From contig JBHGNT010001070.1 in the NCBI GenBank assembly GCA_043228905.1, positions 1 through 12,422 on the forward strand: a stretch of 12,422 nucleotides of DNA, given 5' to 3'. Positions 1 to 10,112 of the stretch are shown here, one piece after another (position 1 is the first letter of the stretch; each line of letters opens with the position of its first letter). The position numbers and the translations under genes were made by a program. The DNA is from Azolla caroliniana (taxonomy: Eukaryota > Plantae > Polypodiophyta). The notes beneath the pieces are model-generated. The model was given only the letters and a program-made list of their open reading frames with translations, did no database searches and was not told the origin of the DNA.

Positions 1-140
1 GCAGGATTCGAAGACGACGACGAATCAGAAGAAGACTCGGAGCGGGGAGTAGCTAGACATGAAAGCTCGCGGTAGTAAAGGTCGAAACGAACGGTAAGCC
101 CTCGTATAGATAAATAAATACGTAGCAGGGCACAGGTAAA

Positions 141-173
141 AGAAGAAGAAGAAGAAGAAGAAGAAGAAGAAGA
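141..173. repeat. (GAA)n microsatellite, ~11 units
   Basis: Perfect AGA/GAA run read directly from the sequence. Confidence 0.95.
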
Positions 174-326
174 CGTATTAACCGGGAATCTTGACAAGTA
201 TGAGAAGTAGTAGAAGGAAAACGAAGAGGAATAACAGCGGGGAAAGGGTTAGAACGATCAACTAAGTAGCAAGAAGGAAGAAAAGGACTGATGCAGGAAA
301 GCTTGAGAAGGACCAATAAATAATAA

Positions 327-356
327 GAGAAGAAGAAGAAGAAGAAGAAGAAGAAG
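327..356. repeat. (GAA)n microsatellite, ~10 units
   Basis: Perfect GAA run read directly from the sequence. Confidence 0.95.
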
Positions 357-488
357 TTAATGGATACCTCGACAAGGATATTGAAATAGCAGGAAAGGAA
401 GAAGAAGTAGAGGTTTAAGCAGGCAGGCTCAACGAAAGGACCTAAGCTCATTGACAAGTTTTAGGATTTACCTTGTCTGGTTTTCAAA

Positions 489-3400
489 ATGGAATCCAGA
501 CGTCATGAAAGAACACAAATTCCTGTGTCTCACTTCTTTGAAGGGAAGAAAGAGAAGCTTAACATGAAAGCTAGTGATCAGACGAATTCACAAGATCCTC
601 ATAGAGTTCATCACGTGAGATCTCAGCTATGCCGGCCTCTGTCCACTTCGGGAGATAATATGATATCTCATCTCTACCGATCTCTCTCTCCCAAGGGCGA
701 ACATTGTGAGAGTTCTCAGCTGCCCCGGTCTCGATCTTCTGGGAGAGGTCATTTTGAAAAGTCTCAGTTCTCCCCATCCCACTCCCCCCAGAGAGACATC
801 GAGAGGGATCATAATGACAAGTCACAGTTCTATCGGTCTCACCCTCCTGAGAGGGACCAATATGAGAGATCTCAGCTCTCTCGATCTGGCTCTCCTACTC
901 TGAGAGAGTGTTACAGAAACCCTAAACCTCGCTTTGTACCAAACCTTCCTTCCAGACCTCGCCAGAGGGGTGCTTTGGCATCTTTCTTACCTGTTGATAC
1001 AAGAACAGTACCAGTGCTTCCAAGAAACATTTCTTGCAGTGGTGACACAGGTAAAAAGCTGCCTCAGGGAGAAGAAAATGATTCATCAGTGAGAGAGTCT
1101 GTGATTGCAGCCAATCAAAGAAATACGTGTTGTACAATATACGGTAATAAGAAGTTATGCAGGGAGGAAGATATTCTATCATCGGAAGATAGAGATACAT
1201 TCACTCCTCCTCAAGGTACATTTACAGAATCTATAGAGAGAAATAATATGTCTGATTTAACTGTAAAGAAATATCCTGAGACTTGGAAGGAGTGTTTGTT
1301 GATTCCTCCAAAGAACACACAGTTAACATCAGAGAAAGCTTTTCCCATAAATTCTGCGGAGTCTCTAACATCACTTCAACAACATCAAGTATCTTCTTTG
1401 AGTGCAAAGCCAGGGAACAACCTTCCAATGAATACTATGAAAGAACAGATAATAAAAACATTGCAGAAGGAAGTTGAACAGAAAAATAAGAAGATATCAT
1501 CCAACCAGGAACACTTTCAGATTCCTCTTCAGAGTGATAGAATGTCTACATTGAGTGTCAAAGCAATTGAAGATCAATTGCTGAAGCCAGTCCTTCAGAG
1601 TGATAGCATTGACACATCCGCCATGAGTGTTGAAGGGCAGACAGTGCAGAAACAGGTATCATATGAGGATCCATTGCCTCAATCCTCGGAGTTTTCATCT
1701 AAGGAGAGGCAGGAGAGGAGAGATGGTCATTTACAGTCTATCTCACAGAAAGACAACATGTCTGCATTGAATGCGAGAAGTCATTCTGAGATGGAAAAAA
1801 TGTCACATTTACTGGTGAAGCAATTTCCAAAGACTTGGAATAGGAATGGAGGTACAGACAAATTCTGTAGAAACACGACTCTCCCTAGCATTCAAGAACA
1901 ATTCTACAGACCAAGACAGAGGAGGAATATTCGTGGACAATTGAGAGAGTTACAAGAGTCCCAGGAAACAGAGGTTCCATACCATCTCAGGTTTCCTTAT
2001 GGATCTGAAGAGCTTCAGGTGTTGAGTGCTCTTCATTACTCGAAAAGAGCATTCTTGGGCATATGTACTGAACTAGAAAGCGTTGCGCGAGCTGATGAAA
2101 GGTAATGAAGGGATGAGAATTTTTGGAAGTACTGCATTTTGTATGTTTTTGTCTTAGTCTTTCTGGAAAATTTAGGATATACAATCAAATGGAAAAAGAG
2201 TTGGAAGCTTCTTTTTCTGAGGTGAAATTGGCCAAAGAAGCATTGCTCAAAGACAAAGATGATATGGAATCAGTTAAGAGGAGAGCATTGGAGGACCCTC
2301 TAGCAATGAGTAGACAGGTGAAGAAGGATTCATAGCTTATCTTTTAGATGAATAAACTTTTTGTTACAATTGTTGAACAGATTTCGTAAATGCAGAAAAT
2401 ATATTATTAGAAAATCTATTGTTGACAGTATGCACATAGATGTCTGCATATTTTGATTATTTGCCTTCATAATTCTTGATCTTGTTGTACTTAAACATGG
2501 CTGAAGCATTTCAGTTAAAAAGATCCTTCATAATTATTATCTAAGGTTATTGAAATATGCTTGTGCATTTTAGTGATTGAGAGCTCTGTAACTTAACAAT
2601 TCTTACAGTTTATATTCGTTTCCATTAGAATTCTTTCATGGATTGTTAATACAAAGTAGTTTCTGGAAAGTAAATATTGGGGCATTCCAATATCTCTATC
2701 AGTTGTTCCATGTAAAAAGCGCTGCTAGGATAGATTTGTGATGATGTCTGACATATGTATTGTGCTATTTATCTTCATAGGAAAACATGAGTTCATTTAT
2801 TTTCCTTCTAGTAAGTGCATAGTTGTTGGTGAAGCTTGATAACAATAATGAAATAGGATGCAAGTTCTCTTCGAAAGGAATTCCTATATTAATTCTTACT
2901 TGAAAGATGTCAATGTTGTCAGATCACGAAAATGAAAGAGGTGCGGGTAGGCCTAGAGGACATTAATACTGATTTGTCTGTTCAGGTACTTTGTGTCTTG
3001 AAATTTTAATTGTTTGAATATTGCCACTAATACACTGCACCAAATCTAAAATTTACACTGTCTCGGGAAGCAGCTAGCTGAGCTTAATCAGTTACGAGAA
3101 CAGCTAGAAGAGCAGCAGGTATGTTGATGGAGATAAATCTTGCTCCTTTTAAAGTTGTGTAGATAGTTTCAACATTGTAAAAATGATGGTCCTTCATTAC
3201 CTGTAGAGAATACTGGAAGTGTTGAGAAAGCTCAAACCTGATCAGGATTCTTGCAATAATGATGAGGATGAATTCCTTCTTAATAAACAGGAAGAATGCA
3301 AGGTAAATTTAATCTCCAAACTGCCCATTTTTCGTGTATAAAAAACATTGTTTATGGTAAGAGCTCAGAGGGTGAAGAAATTAAATTAAATATCCACTTC

Positions 3401-3981
3401 AAAGATTTTATTTTCATACTGTGGCTAATCCATCTTCTCTTCCATTTTACTCTTGGTCTCATTTATGCTTTTGTTTTTTTAATCTTTAACTTTATTTTGA
3501 GATTTTTCTCATCAAATATACTATTAAAACTTACAAATGTTTACAAGGTAACTTCTTTATAAATCCAGTTAGAATGCATAACTACTCATGATTTGTGCAT
3601 CCTATTTTAAATCTGTTTTTGTGAGGGATTGATTTGTAACATGGAACCAAAATGATTTCTTTTGCTGATAGCCTTGAATATATATTCACTTGAATGTGTG
3701 CTTACATCTATGGAGCAACCTTAACTTTCTGTTCTTTGGTGAATTTGTAGGCAAAGTTATTGAGAATTGAATCGGAACTCAATGAGAGCCAGAAGATGAC
3801 GAATAAGCTAGAAGAAATTTCTTCAAAAAGAATGGAAGATTTGAATGAATTAAATGTCCATACATGTGAAGGAAAGCGTTACGTAGAGGAGAGAGTCTGG
3901 GAAACAAGACCCTTAAAGAGGCAGACATATTCAGAACAAATCATGCCTAAGAATCAACCTAAACTGGAATATGAGGGCTAA
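489..3981 (+). CDS. Uncharacterised ~729-aa protein: long Ser/Arg/Gln-rich disordered N-terminus with internal repeats, C-terminal coiled coil. Exons 489-2101, 2176-2317, 2923-2985, 3074-3118, 3207-3302, 3751-3981
   Basis: The 538-aa ORF runs into donor AG|GTAATG at 2102. Five further exons have GT..AG borders and compatible phases (2,0,0,0,0); total 2190 nt ending in TAA at 3979-3981. Exons 2-6 read as heptad-rich coil (IYNQMEKELEASFSEVKLAKEALL.., ITKMKEVRVGLEDINTDLSVQ, LAELNQLREQLEEQQ, AKLLRIESELNESQKMTNKLEEIS). No family recognised. Confidence 0.8.
600..900 (+). repeat. Coding tandem repeat, 6 degenerate units of 45-60 bp (consensus peptide RDHxExSQLxRSxSP)
   Basis: TCTCAG/TCACAG/TCTCAT cores at 621, 666, 714, 762, 822, 870 (spacing 45, 48, 48, 60, 48). 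Confidence 0.85.
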
Positions 3982-4031
3982 GATATGGTCTTAAAATCTT
4001 CAATTGTATGCTCCTTTTTGAGAAATTTAGG

Positions 4032-4055
4032 ATATATATATATATATATATATAT
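4032..4055. repeat. (AT)12 microsatellite
   Basis: Read directly from the sequence. Confidence 0.95.
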
Positions 4056-4108
4056 CCTTATACATATTGTTTTACTTATTCTTCTACTTTTGCCCAAATT
4101 CTATCACA

Positions 4109-4855
4109 TCATTTAATGACACTATATATTCTGTTTATTATACAGGTTTCACCAATAATAGATTGGAGCTTTGAAATGATTATGTCTTGGTGAACAGAAT
4201 TGCCAGTGAAGGATAGAAGATGCATGCTCGATAGGATTCTCTTCACAGCAAGAGTGACTCTGAAAATCATAGGCATGGATAAGAATTTTATTTCTTTGTT
4301 CCTATAGACTTCAATGTACTTTGTGATACAAAGTGACATCTAAGAAGCATGGTCGCATGTGCAGGGGCATCCAAACTTAAGAGGATAAGGAGGATTATAT
4401 TTAAGGTAAGAAACCTAACAGTCTTTTGGTCGAGATTCCCAAGGTTTACTCTAACCAAGTAACCCGAGGAAGTGGTCATGGGCATGTTTGTTCCACTTAA
4501 TGAAAGTTTTCATGAAATTTCCACTGATGTGAATTGTCCTTTTCCTAAGGGGCGCAGAGCTGGAAGTTAGAAGCCCATAGCACCTGCCTAACTCCCACTG
4601 AAGGACCATGCGAATGGCTGAACACGCTGAATGATTTGGCGGAAGGGACTGCATGATCCTCGCAGCAGATCTTACTCCACGCCTGGCCAGCCACATTTCC
4701 AGGTCTCCGGGCACCTTCTGTAAAGCTCTTGCAAACAGGGTAACAGCTCTCTTCCGGAGAGTCGCCACGAGCCGCTTATCATGGATCTCAGGCATATAGT
4801 GAGCTGTGTTAAATGATTTCTAAAATAATTTCCGAGAGCGTATCATGCTCGCCTT
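4109..4855 (-). pseudogene. Possible decayed coding fragment of unknown origin (single frame interrupted by four TAG stops)
   Basis: ORFs 4451-4795 and 4109-4339 share a frame. The internal stops at 4822-4820, 4453-4451, 4417-4415 and 4342-4340 are all TAG. 4550-4800 is visibly more GC-rich than its flanks. Confidence 0.3.
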
Positions 4856-6624
4856 GTTTTATGGTGCTTGAGTTGTAATGCTATCTGCACTCCCAAAGTA
4901 TGATCTTAAGAGGTTCAGAGATCACCTAGCACGAGACATGTAAAACACAAAAGCAAGAATGAAGAACGTGCATAATCTTTCTCTGCCTCTACCAGAAGTG
5001 AAAGAATTGTAGAGTTGTGACTTTTGCTTAATTCCAACAGGAGCTTAAAGGACACATTGATCATTTAGTGTATTTAGTGTGCTCTCTTTGTATCATAATT
5101 CCATTAACAAGCTGTTCTCACCTAACTCTTTTGGTTTCCGAATTCTTTATTTAACATTAAGGAGGATTTTGCTCTTATTACTGGGTCGCTTTTTGTACAG
5201 AACTTTGCTTTTACTGTTCATCTGAGAAATCTCCACTTGATATATATTAGTTTAGCTGTTTACAGAAACATAGAATGGAATACATTATGAATGCTTGCCA
5301 TTTTTAATAAGACCATTAAGTGATTGAAGTGCAAACCTTCCACATACCAATAGGAAAACTGGATGAGGACATTTCAAAATTTGCCAACACCTTTAGGAAC
5401 TGAGATTGGAAAATAGTTTGGGATTGAAAAAATTGAAAAGAGAGAAAACCAAGCAAGACTTGATCCCTGATTTGATTGCGAAAAATACACAACTAGTAGT
5501 TTATATAAATTAAAAAACTTTGAATGGATGAGCTTCCTTTGCAATCTTTAGTTTTTGTTCTCGCTGTTTAATTGGAAGGTTAAGGAACAAAGAAGAAGAG
5601 AGGCCACGAAGCATTGGGCTTTTTAAGACTTTGGTATCCATGGCAGGACTGTCTTGACGAGTTACATGAGGTTTATTTAGATACAGTGGTAAATCTGTAT
5701 TAATATTGGATGGGTTGCATGAAAGCCAGAAAAAACCTTGCAAATGCAAAAATATGGACAGGAGACCAAATGGAGCTCCCATGTTGATCAGTGATTCTTC
5801 ATGCTTTGACTAACTTCTTGTATTGACACGCCACTTCTGAGCGTTTGATTTGATGGTAGTTCTGAAAAGAGTGAATTTCCTGAATGAGTTATGTTCTCCA
5901 GTGATCAATATCCTGAAAAGACTTATCAAATTTCCGAAATAGTTTGGATTTAATATATAGCAGATTTGCAGAATTGTCAAGAATGCTTGTCACCTGATCT
6001 ATATCCTAGTTGAACCTCAAAACTTCATCGGTATTGTACCTATACTCTTTAATATCATTGAGAATGTTCATCAATCATCCCTATACTGAAGTGAGACCAG
6101 TACAAATAATAGTGTAGTTAATAAATAATCATTATCAAGTTTGCTAGTGCCTTTATAAGATGACCCTACTTTATTTTTGCTTTATTTGCTGACACAAACT
6201 TTATCATTTGTACAACGTGAAGCTGTAGATGAATTTACAAAGTTTGACACACAACAGACCAATATTCTTTAGTCTTTGCTATTTGGATTAAGTAGTTTAT
6301 AGAATATGAACCTCTAATTAGATTTGCTATATATTTAGGTTATCATATATAGAAGTTAATGAGATCAGAAATTTAAGACACTCATAATCATGTTTTCTTA
6401 TATCATTAAACCTCAGTTTCCAGATGGTAACCAATATGATACTTTGAATGGCGTTACAGATAGAAATTATTCCCAACCCTTACCACATGTACCCAAGCCA
6501 GATTTCAGTACACAATTGCAATTCCTAGGATAATGACAACTTTTTGATTGAAAAGTATTTGAATCGCCCAAAAAATCCTCAAAAGCTGTCTTATGACTAG
6601 AATATCAGTGATGCTTTCAATATT

Positions 6625-6780
6625 CTTTTGGCTATTTTTATAACCAGATTTTGAAAGATTCGCCCAATTTTACAATAAGATAAGAAATTACAAGTTATTT
6701 TCACTGCTAAATATTGTGAAATTTTGAAGACTGCCCAACTTGCTTTTTCTATTAGGGTTTCATAACCTATTAAAGTACCC
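6625..6780 (+). repeat. Dispersed AT-rich repeat, copy A (likely non-autonomous DNA transposon/MITE remnant)
   Basis: Aligns by eye in direct orientation with 8442-8593 (CTTTTRGCTATTTTTATA..CAATTTTA..ATAAGAA.TTACA..GGG.TTCATAACCT..TACCC). Confidence 0.6.
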
Positions 6781-6924
6781 AACCATTTTTATCTGGGAAG
6801 TCCATGATGTTCTGCGTTTTTTCTCTGACTGAATTGCACAGTTTTCATAGAAATATTGATGACATATGAGCTACACACATGCTTGTACCACACACCCATC
6901 ACAGTGAACTAAGAGTATGTGTAT

Positions 6925-9373
6925 TTACACAAGAAGATCGTAGTGATTGCCATCGCTGTAAAGCAACCTGACTGGCTTGCAAGCCTCTTGCTCTTTTCTG
7001 GATTTCAAATATTCTGAACCATACTCAGCTATTGGAACATAACCTGTATTCCATGGACTGCTTGAACTCTTTGCCTGCATAAAATGTGCAATTTTAAAGA
7101 AATACCAAAGCTTTGCATGCATCAACTGCTCAATGCCCATTTGAACAAAATTATGATTACCTCACGTTCAGGAATGTACACAATAATTGGTTGCTCATAC
7201 ATCCGGGACAAGATCTACAGCATATGTCCGGGTTAATGAATTATAAAATATGTGACACAATGTTATGAGCTACAATATGAAGATATATGCTAACTAAAAT
7301 GTGGGAAATCCTACAGGGAAAATGTGTAAAACTTCTTGTGAAAATACTTGAAAGTTTTTGATAAAAAGTGTTACCAGAAGTTCTGGTTCCCCACCCCAAA
7401 AATCTGGATGCTTGATTCTTCCACAATACCTGATTCAGCCAGTATCGGAAAACAAAGTAACAAGTCTAAATTTTGATGGATTCTCAAGTTAATACCAAAA
7501 CACTCACAGATTTACGGTTCTTCAATCTTTATGGCAATCAAAGTGTCTTCAATCTTTTGTTAATGCCAAAATTTCTACAAGCTGCCCAATTAATGCCAAA
7601 ATGCACACCGATTTACAGGTTCTTCAATTTGTATAGCAATCAAGGCCTCTTCGTACTTTCGTTGCTCCTTTTTGTCAAAGCAAATAGCTTCCTCAACAGA
7701 AATGCGGAGCTCATCTGGAAGTGAAAAATAATAATAAGAAACATTCCTGCAGGAGGCACAAGTAGAAAAGGGAAACCTAAAGACAAATGTAGGCCTGTAA
7801 AGCCTTACAATGTTCTGTAACCAAACTTTTACGTTGATACGGCTTGTGATAAATAATACTTGTGAAAAGGGAGCTAAACCTCATAAGCGCATACGTAAAT
7901 AGCCGGTATAAATTGCAAAAGGGGCCAGGGCTAATGTTTGTCAAATGCAATCATCAATGATATTCCTCTCTCTCCCACCAAACCGATTGTTTTGAAATAA
8001 AAATCAACCAAAGTCACAATCACTTGAACTGATTTCCAAAAGAGACAGTTTTGCTGATATTTTGTCAAAATACGTAAAAATTTAAGCTGTAAACAACCAA
8101 CCTGCTTGGATTGTTTCTTCACGGGGATTCAAATCAATGCCATCGTTAACAGCCATGCCTAGTGCCTGACATTTGAAGAAACATCAATATAAAAGATTGC
8201 GTGGCACACTAGCCACTTGTAGAAACATCAACAAACTAAAGATTTACACTTACCAGTGCACGGAACATGCATCGACCATCGCCCCTCACCTTATGAACTC
8301 TATAATCCTGTTGTTTTCTTGTTGATGAAGGAATTATTTGCCTATCCGAGTGCAAAGTGAAAATGTGAGACTTCAAAGTTTTAGGATCTGCTCTATAATG
8401 ATTGGGAGATAATAGTTAATTTTTTTCGAGGATTTTGGAAGCTTTTAGCTATTTTTATAGCTAAGTTTTTTTAAAGAATCAGACAATTTTAAGATAAAAT
8501 AAGAATTTACACAGAGAAATAAGCGAAGTATTGTCCAATTTGGAAATATTGACCTGTTTTTCAGTAATGTTTTTGGGCTTCATAACCTTACCCTTTGTGT
8601 TTTAGAAATCTGTGCTATTACCCTGACACCTCATCATTCATCTTGTTGCATATCAAATGATGGAAATGTATAACACTAAATGGTAGTTAAAGTATGTTAG
8701 AGATGTGTGGATTTAAATACAAATATAATATCTTCTCATGATCCAATTTGAAACTACATTTGCAATGATTTCTTATGCTATAAAACATTCCCACCACAAA
8801 CACAGTAGAGATGTGATCCATGGCTCACTTACTGAATAGAAGAAATCCGTGCAAAACAGAAATTAGGTCTTTGCCTTTCTCCTAGTGATATGGAAGCAAA
8901 AGGACTACGCTGGATACTTTCTTCACTCCTAAGTTCAAACCTTGCAGTGTCATTAGCAAGTTCCTCCATAAGTTCCTCTGAAACATAACAACATGATTTA
9001 ACAGATGTGTCAGCATTCAAATGCCCATATATGAAACCGACTCCAATAACGTAGGAAATCAACTTGTCATGTGTGAATGAGTCCGTATATATGTATGCAT
9101 ATAGATTTATTTTTCTGTATTTACGTATGGAAATTGCGGGCCTCTCATTCTCATAAACGGGGAAACACTCCACCGAAATGTTTCATCATATTGGCATGGA
9201 GTTTTACGGGTCGTTCTACACCCATTTCTCTGCATTAGGAAGGTGGAAACGGAAAACAACGGAGATCATCCCCTTCTCTACATGTCTGTATCTGTGCGCG
9301 CGAATGAGAGCAGTCTCTGGGTCGTACCTGGAGAACGTGAAGACGAAGACGGTAGTGGCATGTCCATCTTCAT
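6925..9373 (-). CDS. OTU3: OTU-domain deubiquitinating enzyme, plant OTU3-like (~235 aa). Exons 9373-9328, 8977-8833, 8341-8254, 8165-8102, 7714-7609, 7429-7375, 7214-7161, 7074-6925
   Basis: The spliced frame (708 nt, phases consistent, all GT-AG) gives MKMDMPLPSSSSRSPEELMEELANDTARFEL..FARI..YRVHKVRGDGRCMFRAL..ADELR..YCGRIKHPDFWGGEPELLILSRMYEQPIIVYIPE..GYVPIAEYG..VRLLYSDGNHYDLLV*. It has the OTU Cys box (GDGxC), the WGG motif and the His box (NHY). The ARFEL/FARI N-terminal motifs and IAEYG match Arabidopsis OTU3 as I recall it. The start may extend upstream (see findings). Confidence 0.92.
7502..7550 (-). repeat. Intronic degenerate duplicate of the 3' end of OTU3 exon 7714-7609, including a GTGAGT donor
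   Basis: 7508-7550 vs 7609-7652: 36/44 identical with a 1-nt deletion. Confidence 0.85.
8442..8593 (+). repeat. Dispersed AT-rich repeat, copy B, in the OTU3 intron 8342-8832
   Basis: About 54/70 identities with copy A over the first ~70 nt by manual alignment, plus a shared 3' block GGG(C/T)TTCATAACCT. Confidence 0.6.
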
Positions 9374-9974
9374 AGCGTTGATACTGATAAGCTTTTTCCC
9401 CTCTCGTGCTGGTGTCCTTTCAATTTGAAGGCCCTTAAAAAAAAAGGAAGGAAAATGGGAGGGGCATCCCCTAGAGTTTCATGAAAACCTAAATTTTATT
9501 GATTTTTCATTGATGGATTTTGAACTAAAAAGAAGAAGATATATCTAGGAGCAAGCACTTGGTGTTTCTTTATGTTTTTATCGAATACAAATCCACTTCC
9601 TTACGTTCCGAAGTTCCTGCCCATTTCTGGTTCTAAAATTCGGATGCAACGGCATTAAAGTGGGATTTGCTTCCAGATCTACTATCTTGAATTCCTCTGC
9701 GATCTCAAGATTTTGTTCCTAGGATCTCCTTTGATAGACAATTCAACACAATAATACTTATACAGTCGAAAATGATCAAGTTCTTCATGAAACACAATAC
9801 ATCGAAATCAACCACACGTAAAAAGTGAAAACCCACTTTCCGATTTTTCGTTGTCTCGACTAACAATTGTGTGTTCCCTTTTTATTTCAGCTAACACCCC
9901 TTTGTTTTTGTTAGCATTTGCCATTGGATAATATGAACATCTATTGTATATTGACAATGTGGATCTAGAAATGA

Positions 9975-9982
<8 letters not shown>

Positions 9983-10012
<30 letters not shown>
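9983..10012. repeat. (TC)15 / (GA)15 microsatellite
   Basis: Read directly; lies between the OTU3 and RPL34 start codons. Confidence 0.95.
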
Positions 10013-10015
<3 letters not shown>

Positions 10016-10112
10016 AAAGGGATGTGTTTGAAAACTCAGGTCATTGGAACTATTGACATCCCCTCTAAATCGAAAGTCCATACCCGTCTTTTGTGAGGAT
10101 TATGTATGTTTA

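Noticed and set aside
53-457. 134-aa minus ORF with poly-Phe/poly-Leu
   Set aside because: Artefact of (TTC)n microsatellites and pyrimidine-rich leader/intron DNA
600-900. CRISPR-like spaced repeat
   Set aside because: Eukaryotic in-frame coding repeat with degenerate units and no cas genes
1237-1845. KNL1 MELT-repeat interpretation of the MSxL motifs
   Set aside because: The motifs lack the M-[ED]-[ILF]-[TS] pattern, and no N-terminal RVSF motif or RWD tail is visible
571-2184. Small alternative-frame and antisense ORFs inside gene 1 exon 1
   Set aside because: Shadows of the real coding exon with no independent signal
3296-3562. 88-aa hydrophobic ORF
   Set aside because: Lies in the T-rich intron 3303-3750; the hydrophobicity reflects base composition
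7473-7724. Plus-strand 83-aa ORF with repeated RFFNLY
   Set aside because: Antisense shadow of the OTU3 exon and its intronic duplicate
8978-9173. N-terminal part of ORF 8829-9173 as the OTU3 start
   Set aside because: Intronic: the TTTCAG acceptor at 8978 joins in phase to the exon 9373-9328 donor
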